DNA of 64,000 nucleotides. Origin: Tubulanus polymorphus. Lineage: Eukaryota > Animalia > Nemertea. The stretch is from the NCBI RefSeq assembly GCF_964204645.1, contig NC_134027.1:16400485-16464484 (forward strand). Reading direction: 5' to 3'. Below the pieces are notes generated by a model, which was not told the DNA's origin, ran no database searches, and saw only the letters and a list, made by a program, of their open reading frames with translations. Position 1 is the stretch's first letter. Each line of letters opens with the position of its first letter. Of the stretch, positions 37,339-50,297 are shown one piece after another. The position numbers and the translations under genes are program-made.

Positions 37339-40300
37339 TTATTGATTGATTAGATAATGTTTTAATTTGACCTTGAATGATTGGGTACTGGTAATATGTT
37401 TCAAATATTCAGGTAGATTATTCCAAACTGTAGGACAAGATACTTTAACAGAGAATTTCACTTTATTGGTTTTAAATCTATCGATACGAAATGAGTTATT
37501 ATTTCGAGTGGCATAACTGTGGAAATTGGTACCTTTTTGAAAATAGGAATTAAAAGAACTAGGTAACTCTGAGTTGATGTAGTTACGCATGAATAAGGAT
37601 AACTGAAATTTGGTAATATCCTTGAATTTAAGAATTTTGAGTTTTTTAAAGATAAGCTCGGTATGTTCAAGATAGGGGGACTTGTTGATAATTCTAATGG
37701 CGCGCTTTTGCAATATGATCAACGGCTTAAGGATAGTATCATAATTGCTAGCCCAAATGAGATTACAATATTGAAGGTATGGATAAACAAGGCTATAGTA
37801 TAGTGAAGACAACAATTTTGAGGGAAATATCTTTTTCAATCGATTTAAAATTCCAAGACTTCTGGCAACTTTGTTTGAAACATGTTTTATGTGGACATCC
37901 CACTTAAATTTTTCGTCTATATGAAGTCCTAAAAAAGTAGTACTATGAACTTGATGAAGGGATACGTTATTTAATTTTATAGACAGATTTAAAGGATTGA
38001 TACTACCAAAAACCATGTAAAATGACTTTTTTTCAAGTTTAGGGAGAGCTTATTGATTTGAAACCATTTTGATAGCTTGTTCAGTTCATGATTGACTTTG
38101 AGAAATAGACTATTTATGTTGGTGTCGCTTAAAAAACAGTTCGTGTCATCGGCAAAAAGTGTAATGTGTAATAACTTCGAAGCGTTAACACAGTCATTAA
38201 TGTATAAAATAAAAAGAAGGTCTCCTAAAATCGAACCATGAGGAACGCCTATAGAGATATTCAAGGGATTTGAAAAGGTATTGTTTATACTAACAATTTG
38301 GCGCCGATTAGTTAGATAATTTTTAAACCAGCTGAGGGCTACGCCTCGAACACCATAATGATATAATTTACCGATAAGAATATTATGATTGACAGTGTCA
38401 AAAGCTTTTGACAAATCCAAGAATAGACCAAGGGTTATCTTTTTATTTTCGAGATTATTTGATAAATCATCAATAACCTTAGTTAAAGCCATAGCTGTAG
38501 AATGTTTAGACCGAAAACCAAATTGGTTGGGCACTATAATTTCGTGTTTGTCACAAAAGGATATCAACCTGGAATAAACAATCTTTTCCAGAATTTTTGA
38601 AAAACCCGGAAGGACCGAAATAGGGCGATAATTGTTAAAAGTTGACTCTTCCCCGTTTTTAAATAAAGGGCACACTTTAGCTATTTTGAGGTCAGATGGA
38701 ACGATACCAGTTTGTAAACTACAGTTGAATATATGGGACAATGGGAGATTAACAATATCAATGACCCGTTTGACAAGGTTGGTGCTAACGCCATCAAGAC
38801 CCGTGCTCACTTTGGAGCGAAAACCCGATACAATATCACTAATTTCCTTAGGTGAAGTAGGAAAAAAGAAAAAATTATCGTTTACATGATTTGTTAAATA
38901 CAGATGATAATCCTCACTGGTGCCAGGAATTTGACTTGCTAGATTGTCACCAATACTTATAAAATATTCATTGAACTTATCTGCTATGTTTTTGCTACCA
39001 ATAATGGCCTGGTTGTTAGAAATGAAGAGGTCAGGTAATTTTGAGGACGAGTTCCTCCCTAATACATGGTTAACTAATTTCCACGTATCTTTCATACTAT
39101 TACCAGCGGCGCGTAATTTTTCAGAATAATATGATGTTTCGGCACTTCGTATATCTTTAGACAGAGTATTTTTATAAGATCTATATCTAGCATAAATTAG
39201 CTCAGAATAAATTAGCTCAGAGCGCGAAGATTTTTCATACAAACGATTTTTTTTGTTGATCGATCGAATTATACCGGGTGATATCCACGGTTCATTGAAC
39301 TCCGGAATCTTCGAATTGATGTCCATAAAAGGAAAAGAACTTTCATAAGCGACATTAAATTTGTCCATGAAGATATGGTAAGATTCATCAGGATCATCAT
39401 GGCTATAAATTGCTGACCAATCAAAACTCAATAAATACCTACGAAACTTTAAAATATTGCGCTCACAAAAATTACGTCTCCTGAAGGGTTGCTTATTCGA
39501 AACCGGAACATCGGCATAGCACACAGTATATACTGGAAAATGGTCAGATAGATCAGTACATACAATACCCGATTTATGAACAGGGATTAAGTTATTTGAA
39601 AATATATTATCAATCAATGAAGAAGAGTTTTTTGTAACTCTGGTGGGCTTATCAATCAGTGGAGAAAAAGAATTAGAAAGTAACGAATTAAAGAATATTT
39701 CTGTTTGTTTATGATCACTACATTTTAAAAGGTCGATGTTGAAATCGCCAATTAGATAACACAGTTTCTTTTCTCCGCTAATTTTATCTAACAAAATATC
39801 AAACTCATTTTGGAAAGTTATTAACTTTTCACCTGGCGGCCGGTAAATTACACCAACGACTACATTCGAGTTTTTTTCCATGATCAAGTTCTATAAATAA
39901 AGATTCAAAAGTTACAAAATCAGACGATAAATCAGACCGGGGCTTAAAATTAAACTCGTTCTTGATAAAAAGAGACACACCACCACCTTGTCCATTAATA
40001 CGAGATTTAAATATACTATTATATCCGATAAGACGATACATGGTAGAGTTATCGTGCATATTGATCCACAGCTAGATTTTCGTAGTAACTGAAAAATGTT
40101 TCGTAGTATTTAGAAATGTTCTTAATGTTGTTTCCGTATGCGTGGGGATTACGTTAAAGCCGTCAGACAAGAACGTACTAGTAGTAAGAATTACGAAAGT
40201 TCATGTTTGATGCTTTCATCTACCAACGCAAACCATAAATCAGTCTATAAACAACAATTCTTTCTCGGTTCTTCTGCTGTGGGATCTGGCAAACATTCAG

Positions 40301-41529
40301 AAAATCTTTATATAAAACTTTTAAATAGTTGGAACCATATTTGGTTGGGTCGGAACAATGGAGTGTATTTATAATGAGGCTCGTGAAGGGATCACGCTGA
40401 TACTTGATGATATTCCCGGCTACTTTCCGTAAAAGGAAAAACCGGAAGTTTAGGAAGATGTGGTTGTTTTGCTTATCCTGTATTAAAATAGAATTAGTTA
40501 AATTGTAGATAAAATAATTAGTATAAGTATTTCAAATAATTTAAGAATTGATAATCAATCACAATGTATTCCGAATCGTAGTTAATTATAATAATTAAAA
40601 AAGAAACAATGAATTTGTACTGTAATTAGAAAAGAAAACAAAGTTTTGAAAAGACATTTAATTTGAGTAATCTAGATGTTGTTTAAGAACAAATTGTTAA
40701 TAACCGCTAATGTTTTAGAAAAATTAATTTGTGTTAAATGTTAAAACTAGCTGTCTGAAGTTTCTGTTGTCTGTATGCGCTCGTTGGTAATTCACAGACA
40801 ATAGCTGCTCTCTCAACAACGACTAGCAAGGAGTGAGTAAATCACAACGCGTCATGACAGGAGGGTAGGAAGGAAAAAGTTAGTTTAGCAAATCAGTTTT
40901 GAAAATAATTTTAGATCAGCGAATCATTAAGGCCAAATTCTATATGACCAAAACAGTCATGGCAGTAAGGTTGCTGCTCCTTGCCAAAAGTCGAGTGGGA
41001 GAGTCGGTATTTTAAGAATGCCGATTCTTTCTATAAAAGGGACCCGCATCTTGAGAGAGCAGTCAATCGGGAGAATCTGTACCTTAGTAAGACGAGTGTC
41101 GACAGCAGGACAGGAGAAACTTAGGAACGATAGGGATTCATATAATAGGGATAGGAAAATCATTCTCAGGTTCAAGGTAAATAAAATATATTATCTTCAA
41201 TATTATCATCCGGTATTTCAATTTATTTATTCGGATTTGTGCACGGACACGTTCTCTCGCCAGGGCCTTACTCAAGTATTTTAATAGATAACGATTAAAG
41301 AGAGGATTGTGACCGGTGTATCAATATCATTGGTCCATGTCACAGTTAGCCCAATGATTGAAAAACTACCACTGGCACATGACAAAAAATCACTAAAAGC
41401 GTCGAAATTTTTTTGAACACTTCGAACATTATGCGAGATTATTGAGAGTTTCCCGTGGTCCACGAGAAAATCATCTTTTGCGTATAAACAATTGTTGTTT
41501 ACACTGGGTATATCAAAAACGTTCTCCAT
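37339..41529 (-). pseudogene. LINE ORF2 (APE endonuclease + reverse transcriptase), frameshifted and interrupted
   Basis: HNVRS, GGGV, YRPP, GDFN, IDN, SDH; NYRPISVL, QFGFR, LDLSKAFDTV, FADD. Frameshifts near 39880 and 38020; insertion at 40055-41329. Confidence 0.92.
40055..41329. mobile_element. 1275-bp non-coding insertion with short imperfect TIRs and no TSD
   Basis: Ends are TGCATATTGATCCAC and GTGTATCAATATCA. Removing it restores ORF2 as VTWTNDNSTMY. Confidence 0.75.
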
Positions 41530-41684
41530 GTAATGTTCACATAATTAACACACGCTAAATTACATAAGTGAAAATAGACAATATTCATTAAATTTGAAAA
41601 AATATTAAATCGACACACTCCTCACAATGTGAGGAAAAATAAAGAACTCTCTGGCGATCGGGAGAAATATTTAAGTCAATCATA

Positions 41685-42999
41685 TTACTTAACATTTGGT
41701 TTTTTTGAAGCTTTCTCGGCTGATGGTGGCGTTGCTGTGAAAGATCTTACTTTGCGTTTATTGCTAGCACCCGGAGTTTTGAAAACTTCAGAATCAATGG
41801 AGCCGTCAATTGCGTCGCAGAAATTTTTGATCAGCAGTAACTTTCCGGCGGGATTTAGATGAAGTCCGCTACTGTCTGTAAGCGAATAAAATTGGTCCTG
41901 GGTCTTGCCTGAAGCTGATTTAAACGATGAGTCATTGTTAATGAAACTGACATTTTGTTTTGAACACAGATTTTCCATGAAGCTATTAATGTCATTTGCA
42001 GCCGTATTAAATTCCTTGCCGTTTTTGGAACCACCTTTTAGGGGAATTATGCTGGACAAATAAACGCGCGCATTGGAGTAATGCTCTGTAGCCTTAGCTA
42101 ACGCTAGAGACATGTTGACTTTGATTGTGTTGGTGTCATTCTTGTTTTTGTTTACATCGTTAGTACCCAGGTGTAAAATTACGTCACTAACGGATGACGT
42201 ATCGGGTACCATGGTATCGGCTTTACCGAGGAGTGACGATATCTTTTCGCTGGTTGCACCTGGTTGACACATAACAACGCCTGTAGGAATTTCGCTGTCC
42301 CGTAAATTCGAGTCACCGAATACCAGGAATTTATCAATAGAATCACCTATATCGGAATCAAGGTTCACACTAGTATCAACCGCTTCGCTGGCTGCCGAGT
42401 CGTTCGGTTGGTTGACTGGACAATCGCGCGCTTTATGATTTGAGGCGCGACATTTAAAACACTTTGAACGTGACGGGCAATCCGCTGATCGATGATCATC
42501 TGAAAGGCAAAGCTGACAGCCTATACCTTCACAATATATCCTCACATTGAATCCTGCAATATTTGTATAGACTGGAATCACTTTTAGTGACTTTTTTCAA
42601 CTTTACGTATCTAGTCCCTGTAAATATTTGCGTGTTCTTTATCACACCTTTTTTGATAGATCCATCTACATATTCTCCAAAATTGCTGATAAAAGTCACA
42701 ATTCGCTGATCAGACATCTCAATCGGTGCATCGACGATTTTTACATTTATATAGTTCACATCCACATCTACCGGTGTAATTTTAATCCCACCAAATTCTA
42801 AACCAGAATGATTAATAACGTTTTTGCTCACTTCGTCCAATGTAGTCACAATGCAAAATTTGGTCGTTATTTGAATGGACAGTATTTTACTCACATCGAT
42901 AATTTTACGGACCGCGTCCATTACATCTTGATGGGACACTCGTCCGTTGACTTCGTCTAGCGAGAACTTCGTGGAACATTTTCTATCCAAAACGCTCAT
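41685..42999 (-). pseudogene. LINE ORF1 with two CCHC knuckles and an SGNH esterase domain; frameshift near 42580-42600
   Basis: CQLCLSDDHRSADC, CFKCRASNHKARDC; GDSN, HLGTND, GLHLN. Confidence 0.85.
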
Positions 43000-43412
43000 C
43001 TTGAACGTGCGATATTATCCGTGACAGGGAGAGGAAAATACAGCATATACTAACTTATTAACTTAGTTATTTCAAGAATTTTTAGCGACAGCTCATAATC
43101 CGTGTCAGCACTATTCCGCCATCTTGGAATTATAATCTCGCCCACCCGTTAAAAAACATAACGTAATGATATGAGGCCATGTGTCATCTTTAATTGAAAT
43201 CACATTATATTCATTCTCATGCGAGGATGGGTCTCCAAATTCGTAGGATAAGGAGAATAATGGTTTGAATGATGAATACAACTGATAAAGCGCCAATTTC
43301 ACTGATTCTTGCATAAAAATGCTCAAAGGCGCTTTACAGTAATCGAGTAAACAGGTGCGTTTTTAGGAGTCTTTTGAATTTGAATTCAAATCGGGTGTTC
43401 ATGACGACTATA

Positions 43413-43817
43413 GGCGCTTTTACGAAACTGAATCTTTGTAAATCGATTTAAGTTTCACGTTTACGGCACGCGGTTTAGTGAATCCGATGTGGTAAATCAA
43501 CTCGTTTATGGACGCGGTTTAGTAAATTGATTTATTAAATCGACTAACTTGCTCGGCGAGCAAGTTAGTGGCGATTTAGTCAGTGAAATCCAACATGGCG
43601 TCCTCTTCGACCGCAGGCTAAAGACATCTATTGCAGACCATCATCTATCAATAATTCGGTCACCATTGACGCCCATTTTCTTTCGAATCGCGACCTTTAA
43701 ATTGATAAATTGATTCGACTCATTTACGAAAAACGATTCGATTTACTAATCCTTTCGTTTTCCAACATCGAATCGGATTTAGCTAAACCGAATCAGATTC
43801 AATTTCGTAAAAGCGCC
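43413..43817. mobile_element. PIF/Harbinger-like MITE
   Basis: TIR GGCGCTTTTACGAAA(C/T)TGAATCT; ATA/TTA flanks; internal palindrome ACTAACTTGCTCG-G-CGAGCAAGTTAGT. Confidence 0.7.
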
Positions 43818-46800
43818 TTATAATTGAGCATTCTAGGGCTGGAGCAAGAAACGTGTGGGATCGTCCGCCAAGTCAGTCCGTGGTGGCTTTTGAAAGCGAC
43901 GACCGCATATGAATGCATTGATTGAATGACATCTCAAAAGTCAGATTATATGAAATTAAACATGATATACGGATAGGTTCTTCCAATTAGGCCTATACTG
44001 GTAAAAATGAAATGACCCAATATGTGATATAAATGTTCGATCAGTATGGTAATTCAGTATGGTAGGCCTATTGTTACAACATCAAACACTCAAATTCAAT
44101 CCTTTGTTAAATTGGTAGCCAGTGTAGATGAGCAAGTATCGTGGTCCCTGATTTTAGTTATCGTAATAATTCAAGCCACGCGATTTTGAACTGTTCAACA
44201 AGTTGGAGTTTGTGTAAAGATGAATGAGTTTGAAATGGAGTGGACTTCAGATATTACTGTTTGCATGCCTATGTCTATTACTTAATCTTTTTACTAATCA
44301 TAGAAAATTGTGGTAACGGTTGGTTTTTGATTGTATCTCTCCAAGCCAGAGGTAATCACGGATATCGGACTACAAAAAAATTCCTTGTGTAAAGCTCAAC
44401 TTTGTAAATTCCTGGAAAAGCTCGCCTCGGATATTTCAATAATGATTAAACATTAATTTTCCCAACGAAAAACCTAAACAACCAATGTACGCTTGCTTTA
44501 AGTTTACCAATGCACTATCGTTGCTTTTTCTTGCTATTTGTACTGTTTGCCGCAAAAAGATTGCATCCTCTATTACAGGATTTAAGGATACAACTCTAAA
44601 ACCAGTTAGTTTGAATTAACCATTATACAATATGATACATGACCAAATACACTGTTAATATGAAAACGATCCACTATGTACACATTTCAAATCTCAAACC
44701 AAGTTTTATCATAAGAAAATTACGACACAACGTTCGATCGTTCACTAGAGATCATCTTTTTGAATTTGTACACAGTGAATTTTCGTATCGTATTATGGTA
44801 TTATCAATTCTCCGCATTTGAGTGTGACTATTCTACAAATACAAAGTTATTTTTAGCAATGAAGTTTTAATTGTCATTTTAAATGTTAACTATCCACTGG
44901 TATGTAAACTTACTAACTTTTGGCAACTGACCTCAAATCGTGGAATGGGCTCAGGTAGCCTGCTGATCCACTCTTTATTAATACTACTAAAGAAATATTC
45001 AGTATAAGAAGTAAAAAGTATATTAAAGTACTATTTATCTTTATATCGCAATAATTTGTGTACGTATGATTGAAAAACGATATTCTATGGAGTCTCATGT
45101 TACGTACTTATGATTATTGTGTATAAGATCAATAATTAGCAACCTTCCACGGATACGAAGCGGCCTAAGTTTACATCCTACCATAATTTTCTCTAAACTT
45201 TCAGCATTATATCAAGATCGGTCTTAGAAAATATATGAAGGACGTGTTCACAGGTTAACGAGGCCAAAAATCTTCCTCAAAATTTCAAATTTTTACGAGC
45301 AAAGATAATATACTTCATGCTTTTGGTGCAGAAATAATGGATGTCCACAAATTGCAAATTGTGTTTTCAAAGTAAACGATCCGAGTGTGGAATTGTTTCG
45401 AATTCAGGGTTCTCCCATTTACTCTCCGGTATTTTACAATGTTTCAATAAGATACGTAAGTCGCACTTTTGTTGTGATACAGCTTTCTCTATCGGTCAGC
45501 GTTGTGATCACTTAAAATTACCCATAAGTTTGAATTCTCACTGAACTACTACATCCCTTATAACGAATATATATTTCATATGAGGCGATTAACTTTGATG
45601 ATCTGCGGTCAGTGGACAGCAGTTACGAAACATTCAAAACTACTACATTATCTTCCATCTATTCATTATTCATATATATGATGTGATATGATATGATATG
45701 ATATAATATCTCCTTTAGTGTTCAGTTTAAACGTCTTGAACGCAAATGTTTGACAAGTCTCGCATATTGATACCGATACGCACGTTCACACTAGTGAAAT
45801 GTGCACGTTACAGGCTCAAATGCGCACGTTACAATTACAAATCGAAACGTTGTTCGTTCAAAACCCGCTGTGATAATCTTTTGCATTTAGTGGGAAATTT
45901 CAAAGTTAGCTCGCTTCCTACAATAAAAATTGGACAAGACTTTTAAAACGACACATTTAATAAGAGTAGTACTGACGAAGGATTCAGGCAATACCCCGTG
46001 TTATTTCTAAAAACATTTAACCGGTAATTAGACAGTACTGGTGTAGCTTGTACAGGTAAAAGAGTTGTTATATTTACGTTCAGACCGAATGAAATTATTT
46101 GATACGAGACCGTAACCGATGTGTCCGAAAAAGATAAATATAGCTATGTGGTCAGTATTGGTCAAGATTTGGTCACTTGAATAGTTGTTAGATGAAAGCC
46201 CACACCATTTCTAATTATTCGACACCAAACACGACTGTGTTGCTTCTAGAATAAACAAATTACTTTAAGGTCAGTATTGGTAGAATATTGGTCAGTTAAA
46301 TAGTTGTTAGATCATAGCCCGCACCGTATCTAGTAGCTCGACGCCCAAACACGATTTTATTGCTTTACTAAACATAAAAATTACATATGGTGGGTTCTAG
46401 TTAGTGGTAACTGGTCAGTACTGATCAAGCATTGGTCAGTTAAACAATTTTTAGTTTAATGTCCACATTATAACTAGTTATTTGACACCAAACAACTTAA
46501 TTGTTTGCAAACAGATAATTTACTATATAGCCAGTACTGGTCATGCATTGGTCAGTTGATAGACCAAGGTCCACGCCACGAGTTATTTGATACTAAACAT
46601 GATTGTGTCGTTTCCGAAAATTTATCTGTTGGGCAATTTGTGGTCAGCCCTGGTTCGTTGGTTCTAATTTTGCGGGCATTTTATTTCGAACCACCGAAAG
46701 ACTGAATTACTAATTAATTCAACAGATTCAATTAATGGAAATGAAGATCAGTGTTAACTAAGTCCTTAGTCTGAATAAAATGTATGTGGTATTATATGGG

Positions 46801-47944
46801 TGCTATGGTGCTGTGTACACCGAACTGTAACTTTTTATTCTCACTACTACCGTAATTGACTATGATGTTTTCAAGTGGTCTTAAGTACCGCTAATAGCCG
46901 AAAGTCGTTGATTTATGTGAAATTTACACATAGCGCCACCCGTTGGTAGTAAAAGTCACCCGAGCAATACGGGTGTTAAATAGATACGCTAGCAAACCGG
47001 CATTCTCATAATGCGCAGCCAAATCACTGGTAGTTATAAATTAATTTGTACTTGATTTGATTCTCAGAATGAGGAGAAACTCGCAGCTGATTCCCGGAAC
47101 GACGATGTAGTGACACACGTCGATTTGTCGATGTTTACGGCTCGACAGTGCTTTTAAAATCTGAAGTAGTAAATTTCCTGTGTATTGGTATTATAATTTG
47201 ATGAGGAAAATGGGTTATTGTTAAAATTAGTTTTTAAAAACCGCGACAGAATGTGCAATCTTTCGGTAATAAATTTGTTAATTTATGCTTGAATTGATAA
47301 TCGATGTGACCAGAAACGTGCGGTAGATTTCGGACAGACGACTTAGAAGAACATGTCGGCTCTTTGAATGGGGCTCAATTTTCGACGTTTACGGCCCGAC
47401 AGTGATTTTGTAACGTTGATTCTTCAAAATTCGCACGGAGTATTTGTAGATCGAACTGAGCTGAATGATATCAGACGGATTGTATCGGCAACAGCGGTAA
47501 TGTAAAAAAGCCTATGTACTTTTGACAAAAAATGTGTGGAAAAAAGATAATAATAAATATAGCTGCAAAGCAGCGATAACGGGTTTTCTGCACAGTCTTA
47601 GAATCCTGTTCAACAGTGGATTTCAACAAAGCATTTGATAAGGCTCAACATCGGCCATTACTAAAGAGGCTATTAGGAAACAGTATCAATGATAGGTCGT
47701 TAAAATGGCTCAGCATGCTAGCAGTTATCTCTGAACGGAAACTTGTAACCGAAATCAACGGAACGCCTCCTCTTGGAATGAGACGGTCTAACTAGTGGAG
47801 TCACGCAAGGTAGTATCCTAAGTCGTCTTCTGTTTAATGTCCTGACAAATGACATACACAGTAATCCAAAATATACCAGACCGAGTAAATTTCCAAAACG
47901 ACCTTAACACACTGTTCGACCAAAAAATTTAATGTTCCGACAAA

Positions 47945-48240
47945 ACCACGGGGACAAAACCAAAATTATGAATTGTCGCGGGTGACAAAACCAAAATATT
48001 GAATTGTCACGGGCGACAAAACAAAAATAATGAATTGTCGCGGGCGATAAAACCAAAATAATGAATTTTCGCGGGCGATAAAACCACAATAATGAATTGT
48101 CGCGGGCGTTAAAACCAAAATATTGCATTGTCGCGGCGATAAAACCAAAATAATGAATTGTCGCGTACGACAAAAACAAAATATTGAATTGTTGCGTGCG
48201 ACAAAACCAGAATAATGAATTGTCGCGGGAGACAAAACCA
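47945..48240. repeat. 31-bp satellite array
   Basis: Same monomer, in the same context as 19505-19780. Confidence 0.9.
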
Positions 48241-49510
48241 AACTAGGGGTCCAGGGACACCATGCTCACTTGGGAAGTGGTTTCAAATGCTCAACAATCT
48301 AACAATTTCAATACATAACGCCCTCTAATGACCATATACAAAAACCAATGACCTTGAAACCCACCACAATCATAGAACATGTGAGCAGCTATGATTTTGT
48401 AATTGATTGTGATAACAAAATATGCCTCGTTACCAATTTAATATGGAAATACTAAGTTATTCTACTATTCAACGCCCCTGGTGACAATATGCAAAACCCA
48501 ATGACCTTAAAACTCACCACAATCGTAGTACATGTCATGAAATACAACTTTGCAATTGATCATAGTAACAAACTATGCCTAGGTACCAATCTAATAAGGA
48601 AAAACTAAGCTTTTCTACTATTCAACGCCCCCTGGTGACTATATGGAATAACTAATGTCCTTAAAAACTCACCACAATCATAGACGATGTCATGAACTAC
48701 AACTTTACAATTGATCATGGTAACAAAGTATGCCTTGGTACAAATATAATATAGCGATACTAAGTTATTGTATTATTCAACGCCCCCTGATGGCCACATA
48801 CAAAAACCAATGACCATGAAACTCACCAAAATCATAGAACACGTTATGGGCTACAACTTTCAAATTGAATATAGTAACACGATATGCTTAGGTATCAATT
48901 TAATGTGGAAAAACTTTTTCCCACCTACGAATGAGTACTGATGACACCAAGATGGCCGCCAATTGCTTCATAATTGGCTGATCAAAATACCTGTCCCAGG
49001 TATAAAACATCCCTCTCTAAAGAATACCCATCAGCAATTGCAATGAGAAATGGCAAACCAGTAGGAAGCTACAGGACCTAGAATTCTGGCCAAAATTGAC
49101 ATTTTTGGGCACTAAAAAGGTCATAGGACGGCCATCTTGAGTCAGATCGACCCAATTTTTTTATGCTGATGGGCCTTTGGTAGATTCAAATATAAACGAA
49201 AGATCAAGGTAATTGATCAAAGCGTCTTCAAAATTTCCCACGAAAACTTCGAAAATGTTTAAAAAGTGCTGATTATGGCAAACAACAATGGCTGCCAGTC
49301 GGCCATCTTGAATCTGACAGGGCCAGTTTTTGGGCTGACGATGTGTCTAAGGTAGATACATGTATAAACCAAATATCAAGACATTACCTTGAAGCGTCTT
49401 CAAAACTTCCCAAAATAACTGGATTCCGTCTATGGACGGACGGACGGACGGACGAACGGACGAAAAGTGAACACAATAGCCCGCTGGGACTAAAGTCCCA
49501 AGTGGACTGA
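48241..49510 (+). mobile_element. Apparently complete HINE/DINE-1-like element with ~155-bp tandem repeats, inserted in the 31-bp satellite
   Basis: AACTAGGGG start, 155-bp monomers, (GGAC)n microsatellite, terminal hairpin TGGGACT-AA-AGTCCCA at 49485-49500; satellite on both sides. Confidence 0.7.
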
Positions 49511-49511
49511 A

Positions 49512-50297
49512 AAAGAATTGTCGCGGGCGACAAAACCAAACTAATGAATTGTCGCGGGTGATAAAACCAAAATATTGAATTGTCGCGGGCGACAAAACCA
49601 AACTAATGAATCGTCGCGGGCGATGAAACCAAACTAATGAATTGTCGCGGGTGATAAAACCAAAATATTGAATTGTCGCGGGCGACAAAACCAAACTAAT
49701 GAATTGTCTCGGGCGATAAAACCAAACTAATGAATTGTCGCGGGCGATAAAACAAAAATATTGAATTGTCGCGGGCGATAAAACCAAAATAATGAATTGT
49801 CTCGGGCGATAAAACCAAAATATTGAATTGTCGCGGGCGATAAAACCAAAATAATGAATAATCTTGGGCGATAAAACCAAAATATTGAATTGTCGCGGGC
49901 GATAAAAACCAAAATAATGAATTGTCGCGGGCAACAAAACCAAAATATTGAATTGTCGCGGGCAACAAAACGAAAAAAAAAATTGTCGCGGGCGACAAAA
50001 CCAAAATAATGAATTGTCGCTGGAGATAAAACCAAAGTAATGAATTGTCGTGGGCGATAAAACCAAAATATTGAATTGTCGCGGGCGACAAAACCAAACT
50101 AATGAATTGTCGCGGGCGACGAAACCAAAAAAGAATTGTCAGGGCGACAAAACCAAAATAATGAATTGTCGCGGGCGATAAAACCAAAATAATGAATTGT
50201 CGCTGGCGATAAAACTAAAATAATGAATTGTCTCGGGCGACAAAACCAAAAACAAGAATTGTCGCGGGCGACAAAACCAAAATAATGAATTGTCGCT
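49512..50297. repeat. 31-bp satellite array
   Basis: Same monomer. Confidence 0.95.

Larger units (their letters stand above)
37077..43128 (-). mobile_element. Near full-length decayed LINE (CR1/L2 group)
   Basis: CAAGATGGCG at the 5' end, ORF1, APE-RT ORF2, AATAAA and an AT-rich tail near 37077-37100. Confidence 0.9.
33095..47013. mobile_element. Large TIR element (CACTA/EnSpm-like, non-autonomous) carrying nested insertions
   Basis: Inverted termini CATTATGAGnnTnCCGGTTTGCT; inversely related subterminal tandem repeats at 33640-34010 and 46140-46650; repeat A continues across the span. TSD is unclear. Confidence 0.65.

Noticed and set aside
38389-39129. Antisense ORFs over the LINE (and similar ones over pPolB and DIRS genes)
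   Set aside because: Shadow frames with no recognisable motifs.
40055-41329. Solo LTR (TG...CA ends)
   Set aside because: No 4-6-bp TSD in the reconstructed empty site; not fully excluded.
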